DNA from: an uncultured archaeon
GTDB taxonomy: Archaea > Thermoproteota > Nitrososphaeria > Nitrososphaerales > Gagatemarchaeaceae
Assembly (NCBI GenBank): GCA_963799775.1
Contig: CAWCYD010000003.1
Span: 1,504,001-1,568,000, forward strand
Direction: 5' to 3'
DNA length: 64,000 bases
In this document: one piece after another, positions 54,662-63,928 of the stretch
How positions within the stretch are numbered: the first letter of the stretch is position 1
Layout: each line of letters begins with the position of its first letter
Translations under genes and position numbers: made by a program
The notes under the pieces: model-generated
The model's database searches: none
What the model was told of the DNA's origin: nothing
Seen by the model: the letters and a program-made list of their open reading frames with translations, nothing else

Positions 54662-54690
54662 ACCTCAAGCCGAATCATTGTCGCTTGATA
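53386..54690 (-). mobile_element. tnpB-only IS200/IS605-family (IS1341-type) element
   Basis: Left end follows TTTAA with hairpin TCAAGC/GCTTGA; right end GGATGTCAC; no tnpA in the element. Confidence 0.82.
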
Positions 54691-54798
54691 TTAAAAGCCC
54701 CACCATGCGAATCTGTCCCGGGCTTTACGGAGCGTTTCTCGACTACAGGAGATAATAATCACTCCGGTGCGGGGGCTAGGAAGAAGGTCCTTCGAAAG

Positions 54799-55698
54799 AT
54801 GCGCGTCCCTGAGCAATATGTGAGGGCGGGGAAGCTGGCCCGAGAGATGCGGGAATGGATCCTCGAGAACGTGGCCGTCCCCCAGACCTGTCTGGAGATC
54901 GCAGAGAAGATAGAGGCAGAGATCGCCAGGAAGGGGGGACAGCCGGCGTTCCCCACGGGGATAGGGGTCAACGGCGTCACGGCGCACTACGCCCCGCAGG
55001 AGGGCGACGAGACCAGGATAGGGTCCGACGACGTCGTGAAGATCGACTACGGGGTCCACTTCGACGGCTACATCGCCGACACGGCGGTGACGATGACGGA
55101 GAACCCCGAGTATCAGCAGCTCATCGAGGCGACGAAGAGGGCGCTCGAGGCCGCGATGGCGGTCGCGAAGAGGGACCCGAGGACGGGCGAGATAGGCAAG
55201 GCGATAGAGGCGACGGCCCGCCAGGAGGGCTTCAAGACGATAAACAACCTCAGCGGTCACACGGTCGAGCAATACGTCGTCCACGCGGGCAAGAGCATCC
55301 CGAACGTCTTCGCCCCCAACCAACCCGTCCTCAAGAGGGACGACGTCTTCGCAATCGAGCCCTTCCTGACCGTGGGGACGGCCGCGGGCTACGTCGTTGA
55401 CGACCCCAAGGACACGCGCATAACCATCTACTCGCTAATAATGAGGAAGAGGACGGGGGTGAAGGAGCTCGACGACCTCGTGGAGAGGATCTGGAACACG
55501 AGGAAGAGCCTCCCGTTCACGCCGAGGTGGTTCTCGAAGGAGGTGGGGCGCGAGAGGCTCGCGAAGCTCCTGGCGGAGCTGGAGAGGAGGAGGATAGTGA
55601 GGGGTTATCCGACCCTGGTGGAGGCGTCAGGGGCGCCGGTGGCGCAGTTCGAGCACACGATGTGCCTTGAAGGGAACTCGCTGGTCGTCTTCACTTAG
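54799..55698 (+). CDS. map: Methionine aminopeptidase type II
   Basis: AHYAP, KIDYGVHFDGYIADTA, LSGH, AIEPF, AQFEHT. Confidence 0.96.
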   Translation: MRVPEQYVRAGKLAREMREWILENVAVPQTCLEIAEKIEAEIARKGGQPAFPTGIGVNGVTAHYAPQEGDETRIGSDDVVKIDYGVHFDGYIADTAVTMTENPEYQQLIEATKRALEAAMAVAKRDPRTGEIGKAIEATARQEGFKTINNLSGHTVEQYVVHAGKSIPNVFAPNQPVLKRDDVFAIEPFLTVGTAAGYVVDDPKDTRITIYSLIMRKRTGVKELDDLVERIWNTRKSLPFTPRWFSKEVGRERLAKLLAELERRRIVRGYPTLVEASGAPVAQFEHTMCLEGNSLVVFT

Positions 55699-55912
55699 CT
55701 TTCTGCACGGGCTCTGCGTAGATCAGAGTGATCTTCGTCACGTTCCCGCACTTTGAGCAGTTCGCCCCGTCCTTTGTGATGTAGTCGCCGAGCTGGAAGG
55801 CGCGTTTTGTCTTCTGGCCGCACGCGGGGCACTCCTCGATGGTGTAGACGTTGAACTTGTTCTTTCCCTGCGTTTGCTGCTGGGGCTGGGTGGTCGCCTG
55901 GGGCGTCGCCAT
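55691..55912 (-). CDS. Small Zn-ribbon protein
   Basis: CPAC..RAFQLGDYI..CSKC..ITLIYAE. Confidence 0.8.
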   Translation of the reverse strand: MATPQATTQPQQQTQGKNKFNVYTIEECPACGQKTKRAFQLGDYITKDGANCSKCGNVTKITLIYAEPVQKAK

Positions 55913-55913
55913 G

Positions 55914-57033
55914 TTACTGGCCTACCCCTAGGGAGTTGCCGATGCCCGCGAGCAATACCTTGTCGCCCTCCTTGGTCTTCTCCTCTATCAGGTTGGAGAT
56001 GAGGGTGTGCACCTTGTCGCTCGCGTCCGTGATCTCCTTCCTCATCACGGTGATGGCCTCTAGGATGCTCTGCTTGACCAGGATCGCGTAGACGGTGGAC
56101 CTTGTGCCTGGACGAGACCTCCTCGATCCTGAACTTGTCGGTCCCGATCCCGCCGATGGCCGCTCCGATGCCCTCGGCGACGTCTCCGGTCTTCTCGCCC
56201 TCGAGCTTGAGCGCTGCGTCGACCATTATGATCGCGTTGAGCGGGATGTTCATCTCCTCGATGACCTTCTGGATCGCCATGCCGGGCTCGCCCACGTATC
56301 CCATCGGGCCTTCTGCCTTTAGGACGTAGAGCGTCCTGCCCTTGTACTCGGTCACGGACATCACGGTGTCCTTGGCCACCACCTGCTTGGGCGCGTTTAC
56401 CATGTACTTTGACGCGATTATCGGGCCGATCCCGTCGCCCACAGGCTGCCCGAGCTTGAAGGTGTCGACCGCGTTGATGAGCGCGTCGGCCTCCATGAGG
56501 ACCTGGGGCATTATCATCTGGAGCTGGACTAGCAGGATGTACGAGTTGGTCTTCTTCCCGAGGAGGTAGTAGTGCCTGACGATCTTGTGGATCATGTTGA
56601 GGGAGCTCGCAATCTCGAGGATGTTCTCCGCGACCGAGACCTTGATGGGCTCGGCGTTGGGGAGCATCTTCTTCACCTCTGACCTTACCCTCTCGTCCCT
56701 CGTCTCGGTGATGTGCTCGATCTTGCCCACGATGCCCTGCGGGTCGAGGTCGACGGGCATGATCGTGACGTACTCGAGGAACTCGTCTATCTTCACCGCG
56801 GGGTCGGCGCTCGTCTTGCCCGTGCCCACGAAGTAGTCGACCGCCTCCTTCCTCGACTTGTCCTTCATGAGCTTCAGCCTGTTGAGTGCCCTGGAAATGT
56901 CGTTTCCAACGATGTAAACCTGGATGCGCTGCCCGTACACTATGAAGACGAAGAACGACATCAGCCACACTATGTTGAGGAGGCTGCTGACGTCGCTCCC
57001 AAATTGGAGGCTCATATTCGCCAGTGTGGGCAT
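55914..57033 (-). CDS. DUF1512 family protein (frameshift near 56095)
   Basis: PVDLDPQGIV, GQPVGDGIGP, IMVDAALKLEGE.TG.VAEG.GAAIGG. Confidence 0.85.
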
Positions 57034-57446
57034 AAGTTGGCTCACACGCCCTTTGGGGGTGGACTTAAACGTTTTACCGAATGTTACTTCGGAAGATTGT
57101 CTGAAAATGGAGAGGATGGGCGCCGGCATCGCCACGGTGGACGATGAAATTGCTCTCCGTGCGGGACCAATTTCCAAAAGTCGCGTTCACCTCTGCAAGG
57201 CAATTTACAAGCGCGATTTGCTTGCATCCTTCGGAGTAAAGGCCGATTTGTTTGGAGGAAAAGGCGCCGGCACGTGATGGCTTCACGAGCCCTTTCGGAG
57301 CTCACTAACACCCACGCGACACGCGGTTTGACTTCTGGGATCGGACGAGTCCAGGTCGGACCCGCGCGCTATGGCCGGCTGAGGACTGCGGGGCTACCGA
57401 GGGAATTTAACTCTTTTGACGAACGCGCCCGTCGTGACCTCATCTG

Positions 57447-58017
57447 CTAGTCACGAGGACAAACGCTCTGGAACTCGTTTACGGTGACGTTGGTCCTTCC
57501 TGAGGGCACGAACAGACTGGCGCAGGTCACAGACAGAGGGCTAAGCCCTGCCGTGAAGTTGTAGGTCATGCCAGAATACTTCACGGATATCGAGTAGCCG
57601 CCGTCGTTCCCGTAATTGAAAGAATACCACTCGGTGCCCGAGGTTGTGATCAACGTTGACGTTGTTTGACTGGTCGCCGGAGTCCCGTTGCAGGTGGCCG
57701 GCTCGTTGGTGGCATAAACGAGCGCTCCGGGCGCCGAGGTCTGGTTGGAGTCGTAGACGACCCTGAGAAAGAAGCCGTCAGGCTGACCGGTTATGACGCA
57801 CTGAAACGACTGGGTGGAGCTGGTCGTCTCGGCTGTGGCGACTTCGAACAGGGTCAGCGTGCTGGTGGCGAAGGCCGTCACGGTCTCGGGGATTGTCTCT
57901 GTCTTGGTCACAGTGCCAGGGCTTGGCGCCATCGAGATAGCTGCCGCAATGATGACAGCCGCAACCACAATCGAGGCCGCGACGAGAAGGTTGGCCCTCG
58001 GTAGCTTGCTGCTCATG
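57447..58017 (-). CDS. Membrane-anchored secreted protein
   Basis: N-terminal TM, Thr-rich linker, beta-rich domain with four Cys. Confidence 0.65.
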
Positions 58018-58117
58018 CTGGAGTTTCCCGAATGGTCTTGCTTCATTAGAACTTTTGTCCGAATGTGAGGGCCAAAGTCCGCAAATCGTTATATCAAGCT
58101 GAAGTGACATCGGGCCG

Positions 58118-58394
58118 ATGCGCCGGAAGCTCCTTGACATTCTCGCCTGCCCCATCGACAAATTCTATCCGTTGCGGATGATGGAGTTCTCCTCCAATGA
58201 CCCGGACGTCGTCGTCGACGGCGTCTTGCTCTGCGACAAGTGCGGCAGGTTCTACCCGATAATCGACGAGATCCCGGTGATGCTCCCCGACGACCTGCGC
58301 AACAAGAAGGATGAACCTCGAGTTCCTCGCAAAGTGGAAGGAGCGCCTGCCGAAGGAGACGTGGGCCGCGGGCAAGCCCGTGAACCTGTCCTAA
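58118..58394 (+). CDS. Trm112-like methyltransferase activator (frameshift fuses it to the next gene in the ORF track)
   Basis: LLDILACPIDK..CDKCGRFYPIIDEIPVMLPD. Confidence 0.88.
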
Positions 58395-58441
58395 ACGAAG
58401 CCTTCAGAAAATTCATATATGAATATCAAGACGGGTTGTTC

Positions 58442-59012
58442 GTGTCTGTCTCCACAATAGACCCGAAGCAGCTCAAGAAGATCAGGGTCCAGCTCGGGAT
58501 CACCCAGTCAGAACTCGCAAAGGCCGCCGGAGTGAGCCAGTCGCTGATCGCGAAGCTAGAGTCAGGCCTCGTCGACCCCTCCTTCAGCACCATGAAATCG
58601 ATCTCGGAGGCCCTGAGGTCTCACATCAGGATGGAGGGCAAGAAGGCGGCGGACGTTATGTCCTCGCCGGTCGCCTCGGTCCAGTCGAACGTCTCAATCG
58701 CTGACAGCATAGATTTGATGAAGAAGAACAACATCTCGCAGCTTCCCGTCTACACTGGCAGCAAGCTCGCCGGGTCCATAACGGAGAACCAGATAGTCGC
58801 GCTTCTCAGCGGGGCGGATGAGCCCTAAGAGTCTCCTGTCGAAACCCATCTCTGGCATAATGCAGCCCACCTTCCCCATAGTGAGCACGGACACGCCCAT
58901 AGAGGCCCTCTTCTCGCTCTTCAAGTTCGTCCCCGCTGTGCTTGTCGCGACTGGGGACAAGGTCGAGGGCATAGTCACGAAGATCGACATGCTCTCCGCG
59001 GAAGCCCACTAG
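58442..59012 (+). CDS. XRE-HTH plus CBS-pair regulator (frameshift)
   Basis: LGITQSELAKAAGVSQSLIAKLESG; ISQLPV; GIVTKID. Confidence 0.9.
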
Positions 59013-59067
59013 AGCTTCGTCTTATCGCAACACCTTTTTTATACTTCGAAGGTAGAGTCCACTCAAG

Positions 59068-60249
59068 TTGAGACGTCGAAGCGGGTTGGGCCGCTCCGCG
59101 CTTCTGGGAGTGATAGTGATCGTCCTCCTGGTCGTGGTAGCCGGGGTTGTGGCGCTTGAGCTCTCCGGTTCCAAGTCAACGACCAGCAGCACCACGACTT
59201 CTTCGACCTCGACGACGAGCTCATCGTCCTCGACGACGACCAGCGCCGCGTCCACGGGTTCCGCTTACGACCTGTCATCGCCGATAGGCGTGACCTTCGA
59301 CCAGGCGAACGGGAACCTCTACGTGACAGATAATGCGACGGGCACGGTCTCTGTCATCAACATAGCGAGCGACAAGCTGGTCACGACGATTCCCGTGGGT
59401 GTGGGTCCGGCGCAGATCGCCATCGACCCGACGAACGGCTACCTCTACGTGACCAACAACGCGTCCAGCACTGTGAGCGTTATAGACGGAGCATCGAACC
59501 AGGTCATCAAGACGATTGACACCGCAGGGACAAGGCCCGATGGCATCGCGTTCGACCCGAAGAACAATTGCCTCTATGTCGCCGAGCATGGCATCGCTAT
59601 ATTCGAGGCAGGTGGATCGGGGTCTGACATTAGCATAATCAATGCGACGACGAACACCCTCATCAGGGGTATCACAGGAATCAACACCCCGACAGGGGTC
59701 GCCTACGACTCGGATAACGGCCTTGTCTACGTGACGACGGCAGGGTCGTCCGTAGAGGTCGTCGACCCTGCGAACAACACCATGATCACGCAAATCAATG
59801 TCCAACTGATTCCCAGAGGCATTGCGTACGATCCTGACAACGGCCTGATTTATGTCGGGAACTTCGTCTCGGGTACGGTCTCGGTCATAAACGGCTCGAC
59901 CAACACGGTGATTGCGAACCCTGGCGACGGTGTGTCGCATTCGAGCCCATACTTGATGGGTTACAATTCAGGAAAGAAGCTGGTCATGGTTTCTAACAAC
60001 ACTAGCAAAGGCGTGAATGTTTTCAATGCGACCTCCAACACCTTCCTTGAGACGGTCAACTTGGGCGTGGTCGGACCGACTGGCATGGCCTACGATCCTG
60101 TAAATGGCGTGATGTATGTTGCAGCCTTCGATCTCAATGCCATCTATGCTATCTCGCCGAGCCTCACCGTGTCGTATTTCGCCGCCCCGGCGGGTGCTGT
60201 GGTTACCAGCTCGACGTCTTCGACTTCGACTCTGAACCTGGGCGGCTAG
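59068..60249 (+). CDS. YncE/YVTN beta-propeller surface protein
   Basis: Repeats P.GIA.DP.NG.LYVT...TVSVI; class III-like signal peptide; Ser/Thr linker. Confidence 0.9.
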   Translation: MRRRSGLGRSALLGVIVIVLLVVVAGVVALELSGSKSTTSSTTTSSTSTTSSSSSTTTSAASTGSAYDLSSPIGVTFDQANGNLYVTDNATGTVSVINIASDKLVTTIPVGVGPAQIAIDPTNGYLYVTNNASSTVSVIDGASNQVIKTIDTAGTRPDGIAFDPKNNCLYVAEHGIAIFEAGGSGSDISIINATTNTLIRGITGINTPTGVAYDSDNGLVYVTTAGSSVEVVDPANNTMITQINVQLIPRGIAYDPDNGLIYVGNFVSGTVSVINGSTNTVIANPGDGVSHSSPYLMGYNSGKKLVMVSNNTSKGVNVFNATSNTFLETVNLGVVGPTGMAYDPVNGVMYVAAFDLNAIYAISPSLTVSYFAAPAGAVVTSSTSSTSTLNLGG

Positions 60250-60305
60250 GTCCTTCCAGCGTCAACAGAAACGATTTTCATCTTCGGGCCACCTACCTAG
60301 GGCTC

Positions 60306-60458
60306 ATGGCGCTGGTCGGCACCCTCGCTGGGTGCGTCGGATGCCACAAGCCAGGTCTCGGCTACTCGACCTGCAGCGGGTGCGGGATGCACTTCTGTCC
60401 GTCTTGCACGGGAAAGCTCGCGGGGACGTGCCCCAACTGCAGCTCCAGGCTGGTCTGA
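60306..60458 (+). CDS. 50-aa C4C4 RING-like zinc-finger microprotein (not in ORF track)
   Basis: MALVGTLAGCVGCHKPGLGYSTCSGCGMHFCPSCTGKLAGTCPNCSSRLV, four CxxC pairs. Confidence 0.72.
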   Translation: MALVGTLAGCVGCHKPGLGYSTCSGCGMHFCPSCTGKLAGTCPNCSSRLV

Positions 60459-60527
60459 GGACCGACACGGCAGAGCCTTCTGCTGCGACGAACTTTTAAT
60501 CCGGTCGTTGGCTCGCCAAGTCCGGAT

Positions 60528-60666
60528 GGGGAGGTAGCCCAGCCAGGTAAGGCAACAGGCTCCAGTGGTCAAACGACAAAAGTTTGATGACACGTTCGCG
60601 TGGATGATTACCCATCGGAGCGGCGATACCTGTGGATCGTCGGTTCGAATCCGGCCCTCCCCACCA
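60528..60666 (+). tRNA. tRNA-Trp(CCA) with 62-nt intron at 37/38 (60566-60627), CCA encoded
   Basis: GGGGAGG/CCTCCCC acceptor, ACAGG/CCTGT anticodon stem, TTCGAAT; TTTTAA upstream. Confidence 0.9.
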
Positions 60667-60732
60667 CAAAATGAGATCATCGACCGGCTTCGGCCCGGGC
60701 GTCTTCCGTTGACTTCAGAACATTCTTCCTTA

Positions 60733-60951
60733 CTAGCTTAAGAAATCGGCCGCCGCTAATCTCTCGGCTGTGAACGGGCAAGTCGAGACACCCCCTAACT
60801 GTGGGGGCAGCTTGGGCACCGAATACCAGTACTTCGTCCATGTCAAGGCATTGGAGACCTTCACGAACGTCATCCGGAGGCAGATGGTGCTCATGCCCCA
60901 GCGGTGCCCCACTCCGCACATGATTTTCACGTCTCCAAGGCTGCTCGACAT
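60733..60951 (-). CDS. Small hypothetical protein
   Basis: 72-aa ATG ORF with three Cys filling the gap after tRNA-Trp; no family recognised. Confidence 0.35.
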   Translation of the reverse strand: MSSSLGDVKIMCGVGHRWGMSTICLRMTFVKVSNALTWTKYWYSVPKLPPQLGGVSTCPFTAERLAAADFLS

Positions 60952-61105
60952 GAGGTCCTTACAAAGACAGCGGACTCATCTGGTCCTACAGCATAGTCAA
61001 GTTGCAGATGAACCAGGAGCTAGTCGAGCAAGGCTGAGTCCTTGCTACCTCGCCGCGACTCGGGTCGCAAGGCCCTGATAAGAGAGCTCGGCCCAGGAGT
61101 TCTCC

Positions 61106-61687
61106 GTGGAGCGCCTGGGCCGCGAATTCTTCTCGCGCTACACTCCGGACGTCGCCAGAGACCTTCTAGGCTGCACCCTCGTCAGAAGAGTCAGGGGCCG
61201 CCCGGTCTCAGGAAGGATAGTCGAGGTCGAGGCCTATCGGGGGAGCGACGACCCGGCGAGCCACTCGTATCGAGGGCCGACGAAGCGGAGCTCGATCATG
61301 TTCGGCGAGGCAGGCCACGTCTATGTCTTCTTCTCCTATGGGCCCCACTGGTGCCTCAACTTCACCACCGAGGCGAAGGGTCAGCCAGGGGCTGTCCTGA
61401 TCAGGGCGCTGGAGCCTGTCGAGGGCATCACGCAGATGACCAAGAACCGAAACCTCTCAGAAATCGGAAACCTTACCAACGGGCCCGGGAAGCTCACCAA
61501 GGCGCTTTTAATCGATGGGGCCTTCAACGGCGAGGATCTTGTGACGTCAACGAGGCTCTATGTCTTGGGCAGGGAGAAGCCCGTGCGGGTCATGGCCTCC
61601 CCCAGAATAGGCATCAGCAAGGGACAGGAGCAGGAGTGGCGGTACTTTATTGAGGGCAACCCGTTCGTCTCCAAGAGATCCCCCTAG
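61106..61687 (+). CDS. mpg: DNA-3-methyladenine glycosylase (MPG/AAG type)
   Basis: VARDLLG, IVEVEAY..DPASH, AVLIRALEP, GPGKL, RIGIS. Confidence 0.94.
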   Translation: MERLGREFFSRYTPDVARDLLGCTLVRRVRGRPVSGRIVEVEAYRGSDDPASHSYRGPTKRSSIMFGEAGHVYVFFSYGPHWCLNFTTEAKGQPGAVLIRALEPVEGITQMTKNRNLSEIGNLTNGPGKLTKALLIDGAFNGEDLVTSTRLYVLGREKPVRVMASPRIGISKGQEQEWRYFIEGNPFVSKRSP

Positions 61688-61800
61688 AGTCTTCATTCAC
61701 AGGGCGTATTAGGACGTCCGAAGGCCGATTGGGAGATGCAACGAAGAGCCTCCGTTTCGCATAGCGAGAGCGCCGGGATTGCAAGAAGTCGGGGTTCAGC

Positions 61801-62799
61801 TTACTTGGTCTGATTCATCTTCTTGGACGAATCTTGCCCCGTCTGGGCTGGGACGATAGGCGTGATCGTGTCTGCGAGGTTCCTCCTCTCGTCCATTATC
61901 AGAGTGAGCGACTTTCCCTCGGGGACGATGAACTTGGTGTTGTTCTCGAGCGCCGCCTGAGTCACCTCAAGTTCTTTGTATGCCTTCGCGTTGTCGACGA
62001 AGTACTGATTGAGCGCTGTCTGTGTGAGCTCGGTGGCCCTCGCCTGGCCTTCTGCTACCAAGACTGCGGCTTGCTTCTCGCCCTCGGCCCTCAGTATCGC
62101 CGACTTCCTCTGGCCCTCTGCGGTCGCCACCGTCGCGTTGGCTTCGCCCTCGGCGAGCACCCTCACCGCTATGGCCCTCTTCTCGTTGGCCTGGCGCACA
62201 TTGTCTGCCTTGAGCACCTCCTCCATGGAGGCGACGAGGTCGGTGGGCGGGACGATGTCCTTGATCTCCGCGCGAGTGATGTGGATGCCCCAGCTGTTGG
62301 TGAGCTCCTCAAGCTGCTCCAGGAGCTTCCCGTTGATCTGACCCCTCGAGGTGTTGGCGTCCACCATGTCCATCCCCCCGATGATGTCTCTCAGGACAGT
62401 CCTGGCTAGGGTGTCAATCTGAGCGTTGAAGTTCGCGACGTTATACTCCGAAGCCTTCACCGAGTCTTCGTCGGGCCGGATCTTGTAGAATATCACGGCA
62501 TCCACCCTGAGGAAGACCTTGTCCTTGGTGATTATCTCCTGCGGCTCGACCGGTGTCATCCTTTCGGTAATGTTGACTTTGATCAGCCTGTCGACGAACG
62601 GCATTACGAAGGCAAGGCCGCCCTGGGCGAACTTGTGGTACTTGCCCATCCGCTCGACCAGACCTCTCTCTGTCGGCCTCACCCGTCTGAATGAAGAGGC
62701 GGCCGCCCAAGCCACCACCAAGAGCGGGATGATAATCGCGGCGTCGGTAACTGGGTCCGAGAGGCTAGCCAACTTCGTCTCGCCATCGCGGTATTGCAA
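61801..62799 (-). CDS. SPFH/band 7 protein
   Basis: ERGLVERMGKY, QEIITKD, LRDIIG, AEG.K..A.L.AEG repeats. Confidence 0.93.
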   Translation of the reverse strand: MQYRDGETKLASLSDPVTDAAIIIPLLVVAWAAASSFRRVRPTERGLVERMGKYHKFAQGGLAFVMPFVDRLIKVNITERMTPVEPQEIITKDKVFLRVDAVIFYKIRPDEDSVKASEYNVANFNAQIDTLARTVLRDIIGGMDMVDANTSRGQINGKLLEQLEELTNSWGIHITRAEIKDIVPPTDLVASMEEVLKADNVRQANEKRAIAVRVLAEGEANATVATAEGQRKSAILRAEGEKQAAVLVAEGQARATELTQTALNQYFVDNAKAYKELEVTQAALENNTKFIVPEGKSLTLIMDERRNLADTITPIVPAQTGQDSSKKMNQTK

Positions 62800-62814
62800 A
62801 CGCCATTAATATAT

Positions 62815-62860
62815 TTATTGATAATTCTGTTCGTAGCGCTACTATAAGTTTAATTAATAA
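62815..62860. promoter_or_regulatory. Divergent promoter region with dyad symmetry
   Basis: Perfect palindrome GTAGCGCTAC (62833-62842) centred between TTATT (62815-62819) and AATAA (62856-62860). Confidence 0.5.
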
Positions 62861-62864
62861 CACG

Positions 62865-63368
62865 ATGGAGTTGCTGCGAGGGCCCTTGCCGGAGTCGCTT
62901 ACGCACAAGGAACTGAAGAGGCACGCGATTGAGAGACTCGTGTCCGAGGGCTACAAGGAAATCGAGATCGACAAGCGCCTAGGAGAGGACGGTCCGGTCG
63001 ACATCTTCGCCAAGAGGAGGTCAGAGACTACGGTCGTGGAGTGCTATGTCTTCCCGACCGATGTGGAGAGCAAGCTGGGGACGGCGAAGAAGGCCGGGGT
63101 TGACAGGTTCATCATGGCTATCCCAGAGGAGGTCACCGTGCCCATGATCAACCCGGGAGTCGAGGTATGGAAGTTTGCGGTAGAACTGGTGGGGGCCCCA
63201 ACGAAAAGGGAGGCGCTTGCTACAGCGTCGTTCCCCCTGAGGGAGGACTTGGACGACCTGATAGTCCAGACCGCGAAGGAGATGGACGAGTCGAAGAGCG
63301 CATTCATCAGGAAGGCCGTCGTGCTGCGTCTTGGGCTTCTTGGCAAACTGGAGGGCGACGAGAGATGA
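62865..63368 (+). CDS. PD-(D/E)XK-like domain fused to a ribbon-helix-helix domain
   Basis: ES..H..LK, VDIFA, VVEC; C-terminal ASFPL.EDL...I..TA..MDESKSAFIRKAV. Confidence 0.6.
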   Translation: MELLRGPLPESLTHKELKRHAIERLVSEGYKEIEIDKRLGEDGPVDIFAKRRSETTVVECYVFPTDVESKLGTAKKAGVDRFIMAIPEEVTVPMINPGVEVWKFAVELVGAPTKREALATASFPLREDLDDLIVQTAKEMDESKSAFIRKAVVLRLGLLGKLEGDER

Positions 63369-63676
63369 AGAGGCGCGGGTTTGGTCACATCGTCGCGTTC
63401 CTTCTGATCGTCGTGGTCCTTATCCTCGTTCTCGCGGCGGTGGCCAACTACTACACCGAGAGGCAATCCCAAAACTCGTACATCACCGGCACCTTCCAAG
63501 GCTACTCCGCGGTCAACAAAGGGCAAGGCGACCAGTACATCGTGAGGATCTCGAACGCGACCATCACCTGCAACTCGTGGTCCATGAGCGCCTCTGACAT
63601 CTACACGCTTACGCACCTAGAATCGGGGCAGACGGTCACGATGAGCTTGGACTGCTCGGACGTGGCGGTGGGTTGA
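63365..63676 (+). CDS. Small pilin-like or membrane-anchored protein
   Basis: MKRRG|FGHIVAFLLIVVVLIL class III-like signal, one Cys pair. Confidence 0.6.
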   Translation: MKRRGFGHIVAFLLIVVVLILVLAAVANYYTERQSQNSYITGTFQGYSAVNKGQGDQYIVRISNATITCNSWSMSASDIYTLTHLESGQTVTMSLDCSDVAVG

Positions 63677-63928
63677 TGGCAGACATCTCGCTGGAAGTAG
63701 GCCTGGTCGCGATCATAGTCCTGCTCGTGCTGGCGCCGATCTTGTACTCCGGCATGAAGGGTAGGAGGAGGCAGACTCCAGGCGTCGTCGTTATCCGCGA
63801 AGGCAGACTTCCGGGCGAACCCCGCGTCGAACTTCGTCTGCTCAAACTGCGGCCGCAAGTTTAGGCACACGGTGACCTTCGAGGAGGAGATTGTGAAATG
63901 CCCCTACTGCGGGAGCGAGGTCGCCTAG
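63676..63928 (+). CDS. TM plus Zn-ribbon protein (frameshift near 63780-63800)
   Basis: N-terminal TM; alternative frame gives FVCSNCGRKF..VKCPYCGSEVA*. Confidence 0.7.

Noticed and set aside
58118-58828. Trm112-HTH-CBS fusion in the ORF track
   Set aside because: One indel near 58312 bypasses the Trm112 stop at 58392-58394; an AT-rich promoter-like patch and a GTG at 58442 mark a separate gene
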